Shown here: in pieces, positions 12,401-22,297 of the stretch
How the letters are laid out: each line of letters begins with the position of its first letter
How positions within the stretch are numbered: position 1 is the stretch's first letter
Source of the DNA: an uncultured virus (IMG/VR IMGVR_UViG_3300020048_000030)
Taxonomy: Duplodnaviria; Heunggongvirae; Uroviricota; Caudoviricetes
Strand: one strand, 5' to 3'
Virus record (IMG/VR): IMGVR_UViG_3300020048_000030
DNA length: 64,000 nt
The notes under the pieces: generated by a model
The model's input: the letters and a program-made list of their open reading frames with translations, nothing else
Databases searched by the model: none
Told to the model about the DNA's origin: nothing
Program-made: the position numbers and the translations under genes

Positions 12401-15400
12401 AAGATAATAATGAGCCTGATGTAAATTTCAATGGTGCAACACTTGTATCACCAGATACTATATGAATTTGTGCAGTTGGTGTTATACCACCAAAACCAGT
12501 ACCAACTCCAGATATTCTAACTTTTTCAATTGGGTTATCACCATTAGATGTTGAAAAAATTAAATCACCATATTTTGTTGTACCATTTCCATAATATTGT
12601 GAAGTAATTTTATTTAATTCAATTCCAAGATTATTTACACGTGTTTTAAATATTATATGTCCTATTTCATCACCATTTTGTACATTTAAACCAGTACCTA
12701 AAGTTCCCCTTGTTTTTCCTATAATAAAACCTGCACTACGATTATCATTTGATGCTAATTTTAATTTAAAGTCAATCTTATCTGCATCTTCTGAATCTAA
12801 TTCAATTAAACTAAGTGCATCACCAATACTAACAGGAATATTTTGTACATTATTTATTTGTAATACATTATTACCTGTTATATTACCACCACCAATATTT
12901 ACCCTACCTAAACTATCAATATAAAATGCTGGTCTATAAGATAATGGTGCAGTATTTACTAAAAATCTTTTGTTACCACCTCTAACTACATTATTCACAA
13001 TTGGTAAAGTAGTTGGATTACTTATACTTCTTATTCTAATCCAATATAATAAATAACCATCTTCAATTTTATCTGGAAGATATGCAGCATCCCAATTTGT
13101 TAATGCTGTTGCATCCCAAACAATATCACCTGATATAGTTAAATTATTTGTATAATCTACATAATAATCAGTTCCAATTGATATATCAGTCCAAGTTGTA
13201 CCATTCCAAAATTCTGTTACTAATAACATATCAGCACCAACAGAAACTAAATTAAAAAACATTTCATCAAATTTTATTAATGCACCAATATATAATGCAC
13301 CTATTGTATCACCAGTATTAAATATTGAAGTACTATGTGTTGGATCAGAATCTAGTATATATGCACTTATATCTTCATATATTATTGTACCAGCAGTATA
13401 ATCATCAGTTTTTAATATTTCATTAAATCCAACTGATGATATTGAAAATGTACCTTGTGGAAGTTGTGGAAATCCACCAAATTCCCAAGTATCACCTACT
13501 ACATTACCTGTTTCTTGATCAAAATAAAGTTCAATACCATTACTAAATAAAATAGGTGATAATGTTATACCACTTTCAGGTGACCAATCATTATATGTAA
13601 AACCTTGGTCAATTGAATATCTCCAAACAAATGTATCTGTTGCACCAGTTGTACTATTTATTTTAACTTGATATACACTTATAAAATTTTTATTATATAT
13701 ACCACTTACTGATAATCCTTCACCATTACCTACAATTTTGGTAATATGATAACTCATAATATTTGAAGGGTTATTAATACCAATTCTACCACCTTCTGAT
13801 ACTGCGATAGGTGTCAATTCACTATATTGATTATATAAATACCAAAATTTACCACCTTCACCTCTATATATTTCGGCTAACCATTTCACTGATCCATTAT
13901 CCGCCCATTGTATATCTTTATCTGTATCTGTATTACCATCAATTCTAATACCATTTGATTGTAATCCTAATAAGTCATCATCATTATTATCAGTACCATA
14001 TAAATGAATTAATGATTTAGGATTAGTAACACCATAACCAGTAAATCCACTAATTGTATTATATGTAATTATAGGTGTTATACCATCTGCTTTATTTATC
14101 TGTATTGCAGTTAAAGAATCAACAAGTGGATTTATTTTATTTAAAGTAACACCACTATTAAAAGTAGTATTGATATTTGAATATGCATTAATTTGAGTAA
14201 TTTCGTTTAATCCTGTATTTCCAGTATAAGTGTTAAATATAGTATTAGTAACATAGTTTGTACTACTTATACCTGATACAGAATTATCAACATATTTTTT
14301 AATACTGTGTTGTGTAGCAATTGCATTTGGACTATCTGATATTAAATCTTCTTCATTTAATATTTGATTAATAATTGTTGCACCACTGTAGTTAAAATCT
14401 GAACCTACATATAAAGTTTCTGTTCTTAATTCACCTGAATTAGTTAATGTCCCAACACTATTTTGAATAGAATAATATATTGAACCAAGTGTACCAAGTA
14501 CATCATATCTAACAGGTATATTATCATTTAATGTTTTAAAGAAACAATTCATAATATTAATATTATCATATAATGAAATAACCGCACCTAAAAATACACT
14601 ACCATCACTAATTTGAGTATTATTCCAATTATATGAATTGAAAAGATTATAAATAGATGAACCACTAACTGTATTGTTACTTAATGCAGTCATTATAGTA
14701 GTTCCACCTACATTATAAGGTGCATTTATAAAAAACTTTGATGTATTTATACTAGTTGAATTTGTTGCACCACTATGTATTATAGGTATTACAAAATTAA
14801 CTGGATTATTATTATATAAATAATAATAATTAAGTGTATCTTTAATATTTAATTCAGTTAATGAATTAGTATTTTCATTATAAACACAAGAAACATATGT
14901 ATTTTTTTCATATGTAAATATTTGTTGTGCTACATTAAATGATGATAAATTAGTATTACCAGTACCATTAATATAAAAAATAGTGTCTATATTATTTGTT
15001 GTACCTGTGTTAGTATTATAATATGTTACAGTTGATGCACCAGCTAAACTAACTATACCCTGTTTAATATTAAACATACATTTTATTCTTTCAATTGATG
15101 GAATAGTATAATATGTTTTAATATTTACGTTACTTAATATTAATATACCTTGTGTATCAATATCAATTGTTTCTTTATTATAATTTCTTAATTCAATATT
15201 ATCTAATCTTGTTGAATTAGTAGAGCCAGTAAAATTAACTACTATTTCTCCTTGAATTCTAGCATAACTAGATAAACCATGTATAGTAACAAAAGGTTTC
15301 GTGATAATATCTTCAATATATAAATCAGGTGAAACTTCTATTAAATATCTATTATTAGTATTATTATCAGTTATAGAATCTAATGCACTATTAATTGTAT

Positions 15401-15689
15401 TAAATGTAGAACCTGTTTTAGCAACAGTTATAATATTTTCATATTGTGAATCAGATAAATAATAGTTATTTGTTGTATTATATACAAACCCCATATTAGT
15501 TACTTCTATACCATCAATATATCTTGATAAAGTACCACCTGATAAATAATTATATAATTCTTCTGATATAACTGCTTTATCATATTCATATAAATCAACT
15601 GTTTCACCAGATGATATTATAATACCAAAATCTTTTAATTCTATATCCTCTATACTGTTATTCTTTACTATAAATATTTCTCTTAACAT
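6465..15689 (-). CDS. Giant (3074 aa) tail fibre/adhesin-like virion protein
   Basis: Ser/Thr-rich E-x-x-x-R-x-x-x-D repeats, FNTYTGxT repeats, tail-fibre-type motif SPTLTGIPLAPTA..TQIATTAYV, beta-helix-like start ITVAKTGSTFNTINSAL. Confidence 0.7.
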   Translation of the reverse strand: MLREIFIVKNNSIEDIELKDFGIIISSGETVDLYEYDKAVISEELYNYLSGGTLSRYIDGIEVTNMGFVYNTTNNYYLSDSQYENIITVAKTGSTFNTINSALDSITDNNTNNRYLIEVSPDLYIEDIITKPFVTIHGLSSYARIQGEIVVNFTGSTNSTRLDNIELRNYNKETIDIDTQGILILSNVNIKTYYTIPSIERIKCMFNIKQGIVSLAGASTVTYYNTNTGTTNNIDTIFYINGTGNTNLSSFNVAQQIFTYEKNTYVSCVYNENTNSLTELNIKDTLNYYYLYNNNPVNFVIPIIHSGATNSTSINTSKFFINAPYNVGGTTIMTALSNNTVSGSSIYNLFNSYNWNNTQISDGSVFLGAVISLYDNINIMNCFFKTLNDNIPVRYDVLGTLGSIYYSIQNSVGTLTNSGELRTETLYVGSDFNYSGATIINQILNEEDLISDSPNAIATQHSIKKYVDNSVSGISSTNYVTNTIFNTYTGNTGLNEITQINAYSNINTTFNSGVTLNKINPLVDSLTAIQINKADGITPIITYNTISGFTGYGVTNPKSLIHLYGTDNNDDDLLGLQSNGIRIDGNTDTDKDIQWADNGSVKWLAEIYRGEGGKFWYLYNQYSELTPIAVSEGGRIGINNPSNIMSYHITKIVGNGEGLSVSGIYNKNFISVYQVKINSTTGATDTFVWRYSIDQGFTYNDWSPESGITLSPILFSNGIELYFDQETGNVVGDTWEFGGFPQLPQGTFSISSVGFNEILKTDDYTAGTIIYEDISAYILDSDPTHSTSIFNTGDTIGALYIGALIKFDEMFFNLVSVGADMLLVTEFWNGTTWTDISIGTDYYVDYTNNLTISGDIVWDATALTNWDAAYLPDKIEDGYLLYWIRIRSISNPTTLPIVNNVVRGGNKRFLVNTAPLSYRPAFYIDSLGRVNIGGGNITGNNVLQINNVQNIPVSIGDALSLIELDSEDADKIDFKLKLASNDNRSAGFIIGKTRGTLGTGLNVQNGDEIGHIIFKTRVNNLGIELNKITSQYYGNGTTKYGDLIFSTSNGDNPIEKVRISGVGTGFGGITPTAQIHIVSGDTSVAPLKFTSGSLLSSPQAGAVEFVGDNFYGTTTGTTRKTFAFLESPQFIGTPNLPSGTTLNNTSLFNFILTSGGTNNTSLVTKTEFNTYTGTTNTTIIGIENDINDLSGWTATKLDTSVFNTYTGITDTKIDNFTQILSGGTTGTTVDAVSFHTNAVGNMTLSNQSILTQFLANNNRNIRLLNFDNVIQVRLSGRIVTSSVSINNPRIIIRYSKTFSTIVGNYLDIGVTEVSFPLNTTGAIDSGWVTVASGVTGDVFAAIIQSGGDGVADPALGSVVLEMKKIVQTADINISGITNEVFDEYTGITELRLQEIESDITGLTETKLDTNIFNTFTGTTLPNNYVDLISYNSYTGNTDNNITSLSTSVSVEISNRISGDTSLSTGLSTEVSTRTSVDSSLSTNISIITSVDNSISTSLSTEVSTRTSVDSSLSSNISTETSTRTSVDSSLSISISQTLTGLTELKLDKSVFNEYTGTTELRLQEIESDITGLTETKLDKISFETYSGNTTPKLWNVFQPIDGTTDDTTNFEIYSNTQLLNGQPIFLHDPNDYGFVFSGLTTTKSYNKLPWQGINGGLSAPRVKLNGIQSVFSTVGISGIELFIEVGADITVQGASEHTVIDLTEIRFTPTGTLTTLSLNAVNMTVGRVEANSSNAVLNIMDRTNFQSQSITTVKEINVYGGAIFTSNWLRSGSNLNVGWNGTSKTTTPAIVTIAKSESVTGKIVLYGDNCVITTSQFPITINSGAEHNTIIGNNNNITDLGGSDNIILQNLLSGMTFTNWGSIGGTLSGQTDLQNELDLKLDVSDFNTYTGSTLPWTQISKSGSSLLDLETRNAEDVNISVPNWDSTNISDFTNKIADYIEDTQGSGRLSPDIVLGGLNTTNLIVSGGTGYITYSNYHSVINWTGTTINVSGYTEGTYYVYVDTNSEIQISTSNPDGIHNIRLGTFFWGGSIIGTITQCGCVILNSLARTVNFFLRLGYFIYDDGGKIEIMSGNNRKIVSSPCKVQFGLLNIDLPEIGSDQASTLQFKYTYISADEGIELNWVFARSGGIIPTGRWNDITKNSHILLTGHTISFTNGSSVMTSTSDLTSLISVDDFIYLSSDSHTYSIPITGITWTGSQTNIYSNFTYLGSSSTGIAMIDSSLPKIPSGKYVKSLIVRTTDSQLILFPSQTYYDTENDAINGVLPQIPTELNQGALKMAYIVHIAEELDLTGKIYDIRPLPFHDREGGQSGGGSTVTNHGSLTGLGNDDHTQYIRTDGTRLLTGIQKYQSHPTFTTNTDLIDKKYVDDSLIPYLSSSTFNTFTGTTLPNNYLNLTDFNSYSGSTNNNITSLSTSLSIEISTRGSVDNSLSTSLSTEVSARSSVDSSLSSGLSTEVSARSSVDSSLSSSLSTRVSVDNSLSTSLSTEISTRSSNDLSLSTSISTEISTRSSVDNSLSASLSTRTSVDNSLSTSLSSEVSIRSSNDLSLSTNISTEISIRSSNDLSLSTNISTEISIRSSSDLSLSSSLSTRVSVDNSLSTSLSTEVSTRSSVDNSLSTSLSTRTSVDNSLSSSISTEISTRSSVDSSISSSLSVQVSTYIVYTGTTAPNTYANLSNFDTYVSTTAPETYLSIVDFNTYSGDTKNELDDKLFITEFYDYNSNILPLLYLTKSIYNTYTGTTAPATYVSLNTYNTYTGNTLTLIGTKQNTITGAATTITSSNLTTNRALVSDGSGKVAVSNTTATQIGYLSGTTSDIQGQLNLKAPLLSPTLTGIPLAPTALVNTSTTQIATTAYVVGQASAINPLMNGSVLIGTSLRYSREDHVHPIDTTRVNKSGDTMTGVLNGTSINLSNDLSITGSTYLGNVTSGTSSNFVVIDNVTKKLANSDLKYHVYGSEYQLAQDLTTTSTTSTTPVAKVTMTTTDLPSGTYKIVVHWVWSRNSAANSGRFNVTIGGVAQGTRTTMEIENGDTTDIRPETRIFYKALSGVNTIVFNHWGESTGNSTTTSDATIELIRVS
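7715..8465 (-). repeat. Coding tandem repeats (STEVSTRSSVDNSLS-type units)
   Basis: Degenerate DNA repeats directly visible; a second block lies at ~11090-11365. Confidence 0.85.
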
Positions 15690-15704
15690 TTTAATAAATT
15701 ATTT

Positions 15705-16310
15705 TTATATTCTATATGCAATATCAATAACAACTATTGCTTGACTTAATGCAGAACCAGTACTTCCTGGTACAGTAACTACTTGAATTAAATCACCTAC
15801 ACTAAAATCTAAATTAAAATTGTTTAAATTTATCCCACTTGTACCAATTGATATAGGTAATGTTACTTTATCTACTGTACTATTATTTACACGAATTTCA
15901 ACATTTTTTACAGCAGTTAATACATTATTATTTTGAACAGAACCACCTATTATAGTACCATTCCTATTCATTTTAAAACCACTAGTACTTGATTGTGTAG
16001 CATCACCAATTTTCATATATATTGTACCTGTTGCAGTTGCTGATAATCTACCACAATTTAAACTATGTTTATTAACAGTTAACCACTTACTTCTACCACT
16101 ATCATAATGAAATAATAAATCAACATCTGTTCTATAAAATAAATCACCGCCAATAGGTGTTAAAGTAAATCCAGTACCTTTCTGAATATTATAAGTCAAA
16201 CCTGATATATCATAGAAAGTAACACCTGATAATCCATCAGAAATTAAAACTTTACCAAATGTTGTATTATTAGATGATAATTGTTTTACCTTTATTTTAA
16301 ATGCCATCAC
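15705..16310 (-). CDS. putative fibre-associated structural protein
   Basis: Gly/Thr-rich; PIGGDLFYRTD..FHYDSGRSKW motif of the type seen in fibre proteins; first gene of the fibre operon. Confidence 0.5.
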   Translation of the reverse strand: MMAFKIKVKQLSSNNTTFGKVLISDGLSGVTFYDISGLTYNIQKGTGFTLTPIGGDLFYRTDVDLLFHYDSGRSKWLTVNKHSLNCGRLSATATGTIYMKIGDATQSSTSGFKMNRNGTIIGGSVQNNNVLTAVKNVEIRVNNSTVDKVTLPISIGTSGINLNNFNLDFSVGDLIQVVTVPGSTGSALSQAIVVIDIAYRI

Positions 16311-16389
16311 TGTGTTTATTTTTTATATCCTTATATATAATTTTTTAAACACAACTTTATGTAAAAACAGGTAAAAATACTTACTTTTT

Positions 16390-16992
16390 TTAAAAATCTT
16401 TTAAATACAATACTTTAGATTCAGTATGAAGACTTTTTCTTTTTTGGAGATTAGTAAATTTTATTTGATCATCAGTTATTTCTATATTAAAATCAAATAA
16501 ACTTTTTTTGGTAGGTAAATTATTTAATTGTTCAATTTCACTTATTTTCATTTTAGATGCTTTTTCAAAATCATCTTTATTAAAAACCATAGTATCTTCA
16601 TTTTCATTTTTATAAATTAATAAAAATTCTATAAGTTGTTTTACTTTATCACCATGTTCTAATGAACCTTTTCTAAATTCAAGGTTTTGAATATCATCAA
16701 ATCTTAATATATGGGATTCACTAGTAGATTTATTTTTTTCTTGTAAATATTTATTTATTACTCTTGTTGTTTTCATTTTAGTAATCTTATCCTCTGTCAT
16801 ATTTGTTATTGTGTATTCTCCGGTAATTTCATAATCATTATCTTTTAACCATTTTATAAGATTATCATAATTTATGTTTTTATCATCAACATTAATAGTT
16901 TTTATTATTTTTGATAATCCTTTCTTATAATCATCTTTTGATATTCCAATCATCTTATCTCTAATAGATTCATTAAAAGTTAATATTTTCAT
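16390..16992 (-). CDS. hypothetical protein (capsid-targeting-like N-terminus)
   Basis: Starts MKILTFNES. Confidence 0.65.
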   Translation of the reverse strand: MKILTFNESIRDKMIGISKDDYKKGLSKIIKTINVDDKNINYDNLIKWLKDNDYEITGEYTITNMTEDKITKMKTTRVINKYLQEKNKSTSESHILRFDDIQNLEFRKGSLEHGDKVKQLIEFLLIYKNENEDTMVFNKDDFEKASKMKISEIEQLNNLPTKKSLFDFNIEITDDQIKFTNLQKRKSLHTESKVLYLKDF

Positions 16993-18377
16993 CCTAAATA
17001 TCCTGTTTGTTTTTTACCTTTACCTTTAGTAGTATCTTCTTTCTTAGTAACAGAACCTTTTAATGTAGTACCAAAATAATTATCTTCATCAGTAACCATT
17101 TTTACACCTTCACCTATTATTGCATTTGGTCCAATTACACCACCTCTAAATACACCTGATTTCATCTCACCATCAAGAAATCCACCATAAAAATAAACTT
17201 TTTCTAAAACTGATTCTTGGTCAATATTACAATTTGTTAATTTACAATTAAATACTTCACAACTTTCTATTTTACAATCTTCTATATGTGAATTTTTTAT
17301 ATCAGATTGTTGAAATAAACATTTAAAATAAGTACCTTCTGATACTTGACATTCAATAAAATTTAAATATTTAAGATCAAAAATACCTTTAACAAAAGAA
17401 TCAACCACTTCTAATTTTATTTTATCTGTATCATAATTTATAATTGCATCTCTTAAATTATATGTATTAGATAATAAATCAAATAATTTATCATACATTT
17501 TATCATAATATGATTTTATTTTAGCAAAAGAATCTTCTCTGTCTACTTCTAATCGCACTGTTGGAAATTCACCAATAAAATCTTCATATTTTGCAAACTT
17601 TTTAAAATTAGCAATATTATCAGTTAAATATTGCATTAATTTTTCTCTATCATCTTCTTCTAATTCTTTATCTAATGAATTCCAAGTTAAAAGAATAAAA
17701 TAATCCATTAATTCTAATATTTCATCTGTTTTATAATGATAATCAGTACCACCAATATATCTAAATTCTAATCTACCTTCTGTATAATTTTTAATATTTA
17801 TTCCATAATATTTAGTATCTGGTAATTCTATATTAGCCATCACTATATTAATAGCATCAAATGAAAATTTATAATCCTTAAAAGGAATTAATTTCTTAAC
17901 TGTCTTTGCATAAAAATTATTTTTTCTATTTGGGAAAAATTTATACACTAAATCTTCATCCACATCTAATATTATTTTAAGTGCATTTAAATCATCTAAT
18001 GTCTTACCAGATTCTTTATCAAAAGATATATTTATATGTATTGAACATTTTTCATCAGTATATGCATTATCCTGTAATAATTTTAATATTTTTAAAAGAA
18101 TTACCTTACTATCAACATATTTTAAAGGACCAGTGATCAATTCAACGAGATCCACACCCCCGCTTAAGTCAGGTTCAATCTTAAAGTTCATTTCATCTGG
18201 TTTCATATCACTATGATATTTTCGTTGTCCCCACGTTTTAATAGGATATAATTCTCTATTAAGTAATTCTAATAATTTATAATATGATACTTTAGTATAA
18301 AATTCAAATTCGAATCCAATTACTGCATATTTCATTATATTATAATAATTAATGTACTTACTACTAAATTTTTTCAT
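16989..18377 (-). CDS. Putative amidoligase (COOH-NH2 ligase type 2 family) with C-terminal beta-solenoid repeats
   Basis: IGFEFEF, IEPDLS, ELITGPL, CSIHINIS, KYYGIN, RLEFRYIGG motifs. Confidence 0.75.
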   Translation of the reverse strand: MKKFSSKYINYYNIMKYAVIGFEFEFYTKVSYYKLLELLNRELYPIKTWGQRKYHSDMKPDEMNFKIEPDLSGGVDLVELITGPLKYVDSKVILLKILKLLQDNAYTDEKCSIHINISFDKESGKTLDDLNALKIILDVDEDLVYKFFPNRKNNFYAKTVKKLIPFKDYKFSFDAINIVMANIELPDTKYYGINIKNYTEGRLEFRYIGGTDYHYKTDEILELMDYFILLTWNSLDKELEEDDREKLMQYLTDNIANFKKFAKYEDFIGEFPTVRLEVDREDSFAKIKSYYDKMYDKLFDLLSNTYNLRDAIINYDTDKIKLEVVDSFVKGIFDLKYLNFIECQVSEGTYFKCLFQQSDIKNSHIEDCKIESCEVFNCKLTNCNIDQESVLEKVYFYGGFLDGEMKSGVFRGGVIGPNAIIGEGVKMVTDEDNYFGTTLKGSVTKKEDTTKGKGKKQTGYLG

Positions 18378-18490
18378 ATTAATTAATTTTATAATTTATT
18401 ATTATATATTAAATAATAATAATATAAAAATAAAAACATATTTAAATATTTTATGTATAACATATATCAACTAAAAAATAAGGGTCAATT

Positions 18491-20071
18491 ATGTTAATAG
18501 ATGAAATAATAAAGGTAAAGGTAAGTATGAAAAATATAGAACACTTTAAAAAATTAAATATAGAATGTAATTTAAAAGATATAATAGAAATTGATCCAAA
18601 AAATTTAAATGAAGGTAGTCACATATTAGTTAATGTCAAATGTGATATCTGTAATTTTGAAAAACAGTTATCATTTCAAAAATATATCAAGAATATTAAA
18701 AATGGTGGAATATATTGTTGTTCTTCTAAGTGTGCTCAATCAAAGGTAAAAAATACATCATTAGAAAAATTTGGTTCTGAATATTATGTACAAACTGATG
18801 AATACAAGAAAAGACATAAAGAAACTTCAATGAAAGTTTATGGTGTAGAACATCATACACAAAATGAAGATGTAAAGAACAGAATTAAAGAAACTTCAAT
18901 GAAAATTTATGGGGTTGATAATCCTTCTAAATCCCAAATAGTTATAGATAAAATTAAAAATACTTTTTTAGATAGATATGGTGTTGAAAATATTAGTAGT
19001 CTTGATTATATTAAAAATAAAATATCACAAAATAGTATTACTTTTTTTAAAAATAATTATAATTTAAATATTTTAAAATATTTAAATAATCAATATTATT
19101 TAATATGTGATAGATGTAGTAATGAATATAATATTCACAAAAAAACATTAAGAAATAGATTAATTGGTAATACTATACCTTGTACTATATGTAATCCTAT
19201 ACATAACATATTTTTTTCAGAAAAAGAAAAATTATTATTAAATTTTATAGAAAACAATTATAAACATACTATTATAACAAATACGAAATCAATTATATCA
19301 CCATATGAATTAGATATATATTTACCAGAATTAAAATTAGCATTTGAATTTAATGGTGTTTATTGGCATAATGAATTGAATAAAGATAAAAATTATCATA
19401 AAATGAAAACAGATTTGTGTGAAAAAAATGGTATTCAACTTATACATATCTATGAAGATGATTGGGATTATAAACAAGAAATTGTAAAATCTATGATATT
19501 AAATAAATTAAATTTAACAGAAAATAAAATATATGCAAGAAAAACAGAGATAAGGGAAATAACAGATAATATATTAATACGAGATTTTTTAGATAAAAAT
19601 CATTTACAAGGATTTATTGGATCAAAAATTAAGATAGGATTATTTTATGAAAATGAATTAGTTTCTTTAATGACATTTGGTAATTTAAAAAAACCTATAA
19701 ATGATAATATCATAAATGAATATGATATGTTAAGATTTTGTAATAAAATAAATACAACTGTTATTGGTGGTGCTAGTAAATTATTTCAATATTTTATTAA
19801 AATATATAAACCAACACAAATTATAAGTTATGTAGATAGAAGTCATTCAAATGGAAATTTATATAAACAACTTGGGTTTGTATTAAGTCATATAACTGAA
19901 CCTAATTATTATTATGTTATAGATGGGATTAGAAATAACAGATTTAACTTCAAAAAGAATATATTAATTAAAGAAGGGTATAATTTAGATAAAACTGAAC
20001 ATAATATAATGTTAGAAAGAAAGATATATAGAATATATAATAGTGGTTATATTATTTTTATATATAATTAA
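18491..20071 (+). CDS. Hef-like homing endonuclease with KYGVEN repeats and C-terminal GNAT-like domain
   Basis: KxYGVEN-type repeats, CDRC/CTIC zinc sites, ELDIYLPELKLAFEFNGVYWH nuclease motif, ISYVDR..GNLYKQLGF. Confidence 0.72.
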   Translation: MLIDEIIKVKVSMKNIEHFKKLNIECNLKDIIEIDPKNLNEGSHILVNVKCDICNFEKQLSFQKYIKNIKNGGIYCCSSKCAQSKVKNTSLEKFGSEYYVQTDEYKKRHKETSMKVYGVEHHTQNEDVKNRIKETSMKIYGVDNPSKSQIVIDKIKNTFLDRYGVENISSLDYIKNKISQNSITFFKNNYNLNILKYLNNQYYLICDRCSNEYNIHKKTLRNRLIGNTIPCTICNPIHNIFFSEKEKLLLNFIENNYKHTIITNTKSIISPYELDIYLPELKLAFEFNGVYWHNELNKDKNYHKMKTDLCEKNGIQLIHIYEDDWDYKQEIVKSMILNKLNLTENKIYARKTEIREITDNILIRDFLDKNHLQGFIGSKIKIGLFYENELVSLMTFGNLKKPINDNIINEYDMLRFCNKINTTVIGGASKLFQYFIKIYKPTQIISYVDRSHSNGNLYKQLGFVLSHITEPNYYYVIDGIRNNRFNFKKNILIKEGYNLDKTEHNIMLERKIYRIYNSGYIIFIYN

Positions 20072-20096
20072 TAAAAAGAATAATAATCTATAATAT

Positions 20097-21896
20097 ATGA
20101 ATAATGTATTTAAGTCTTTAGAATATATGACAATTGGTGCATCTATACATGATGCAAATGGTATAGTGATGTATGTAAATCCAGTATTTTGTAAATTTTT
20201 TAAGACTAGTAATAAAAATATAATAAATAATAAATTATCAATTGATAACATTAATGTAGAAATAGATTCTGTTTTTAATGTTTTTGAATTTATTAATAAT
20301 AATTTATCTAATATCAATAATCTAACTTTTAAGATAAGATTTAATGATATTGGATTCAAAGTAATAAAATCAGATTCATTTATGATTAAAAACGGAGTTG
20401 ACTATTATATAGTTACATATAATGATGTGACTGATAGTGTAAGCCAATCACATTTATATCAAGAAATATTCAATAATGTTAATGTTGGTATCATTTTATT
20501 AAAAAGTAAAAATGGTCAAGATTTTTTTATTAAAGATTTGAATCCATTTGTTGAAAATTTAGAAAATATCACTAAAGATAATATCATAGACAAGAATATT
20601 AATGAAATAACAAATAATAAAATAATTTTAGATGGTATTGAAAATGTATGGAAAAATGGAATTAAATTAGAATTAAAAAATATAAAATGTGATGACTGTA
20701 ATAAATTATCTTGGAGAAATGTTTATATCCACAAAATATCAAGTGGTGATATTGTTATATTATATGAAGATATAACTAGAATGATAGAGTCAAAGAAAAA
20801 ATTTGAAGATTTTGATAAACAAAAAACTACTTTTTTATCAAATATGAGTCATGAGATTAGAAATCCTATAAATTCAATAATTGGATTTGCTGATTTATTA
20901 AGTGAAGAAAATAACAAACAAAAACAGTTAGAATATATTGATATTATTAAAACCAATGGTAATATGCTAACTCAGTTAGTTAATGATATTTTAGATATAA
21001 CTAAAATAGAAGAAGGAAAATTAGATATAAATAAAAGTGAATTTAATGTAAATAAAATAATTGAAGAAATATACACAACAACTAAATCAAATATTTCAAA
21101 AGATGTAGAATTTAAGAAAAATACACCCATACATAATTTAACATTATTGAATGATGAATATAGATTTAGACAAATACTTAATAATTTAATTTCTAATTCA
21201 AAAAAATTTACTAAAACAGGTTCAATTGAAATTGGATATAAAAAAGAAAATAATTTTATTGTTTTTTATGTGAAGGATACTGGTATTGGTATAAAAGATA
21301 AAGATAAAGAAAAAGTTTTTAATAGATTTGAACAAATAAAACAATCTTCTAAAATTGGATATGGACTAGGACTACCAATTTGTGTACAGTTAATTAAAAT
21401 GATGGGTGGTGAAATATGGTTTGATTCTGAATATGGTGTAGGTAGTACGTTTTATTTTAAATTACTAATTGATAAAAAAATTGAAAATAAAAAACAAAAT
21501 ATAAATATCAACACCAAAACAGATATTAATCTAAGTGGTAAAACCATATTATTAGCTGAAGATATAGATTTTAATATTAAATTGTTACTTTCTTATTTAG
21601 AACAGACAAATGTTAATATAATACTAGCAGTTGATGGAAATGATACATTGATTAAATATAATGATAATAAAAATACTATTGATTTAATATTAATGGATAT
21701 TCAAATGCCATTTATGGAAGGTACGGAAGTAACACAAATAATAAGAACAATAGATAAAACAACACCAATTATTGCACAAACTGCATATGCAATGAAAGAA
21801 GAAATTGATAATATATTAGAATGTGGTTTTAATGATATAATTAAAAAACCAATTAGAAAAGATGAATTATTAAGATTGATATCTAAATATATCTAA
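20097..21896 (+). CDS. Hybrid sensor histidine kinase (PAS-PAS-HisKA-HATPase-REC)
   Basis: FLSNMSHEIRNP, NLISNSKKFT, DTGIGI, GYGLGL, ILMDIQMP receiver. Confidence 0.92.
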   Translation: MNNVFKSLEYMTIGASIHDANGIVMYVNPVFCKFFKTSNKNIINNKLSIDNINVEIDSVFNVFEFINNNLSNINNLTFKIRFNDIGFKVIKSDSFMIKNGVDYYIVTYNDVTDSVSQSHLYQEIFNNVNVGIILLKSKNGQDFFIKDLNPFVENLENITKDNIIDKNINEITNNKIILDGIENVWKNGIKLELKNIKCDDCNKLSWRNVYIHKISSGDIVILYEDITRMIESKKKFEDFDKQKTTFLSNMSHEIRNPINSIIGFADLLSEENNKQKQLEYIDIIKTNGNMLTQLVNDILDITKIEEGKLDINKSEFNVNKIIEEIYTTTKSNISKDVEFKKNTPIHNLTLLNDEYRFRQILNNLISNSKKFTKTGSIEIGYKKENNFIVFYVKDTGIGIKDKDKEKVFNRFEQIKQSSKIGYGLGLPICVQLIKMMGGEIWFDSEYGVGSTFYFKLLIDKKIENKKQNININTKTDINLSGKTILLAEDIDFNIKLLLSYLEQTNVNIILAVDGNDTLIKYNDNKNTIDLILMDIQMPFMEGTEVTQIIRTIDKTTPIIAQTAYAMKEEIDNILECGFNDIIKKPIRKDELLRLISKYI

Positions 21897-22297
21897 ATTT
21901 CAACATCTGTTGTAAAATAATAATAATCAAGTGTTTCTTGATTCTGTTCAATCTTATTCTGATATTCCTTAATAATTAAATCTAATTCTAATCTAGTAAA
22001 AGTATTTTCATAATTTACATCATTTGATGTTGGTGTTTTATTTAATAATTCTATAATACTTTTATATTCTTCATTTTGTATGATAATTTCATAAATATTT
22101 AATTCATACTTTCTTATTAAGAATCTAATATTAAGTAATTCTTCATATTTTAATTTTATTTCATCTAATACTAATTTTGAATCATAATCCCTACTATTAT
22201 TAATAACAACTAAATTATTATTAATAAATCTATTATTTAAAATACTTAATTCATTTGATAATTTATTTTCTAGTTTTTTAACTTGATAAAATTTCAT
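21893..22297 (-). CDS. coiled-coil hypothetical protein
   Basis: Heptad-rich 134-aa ORF overlapping both neighbours. Confidence 0.65.
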   Translation of the reverse strand: MKFYQVKKLENKLSNELSILNNRFINNNLVVINNSRDYDSKLVLDEIKLKYEELLNIRFLIRKYELNIYEIIIQNEEYKSIIELLNKTPTSNDVNYENTFTRLELDLIIKEYQNKIEQNQETLDYYYFTTDVEI

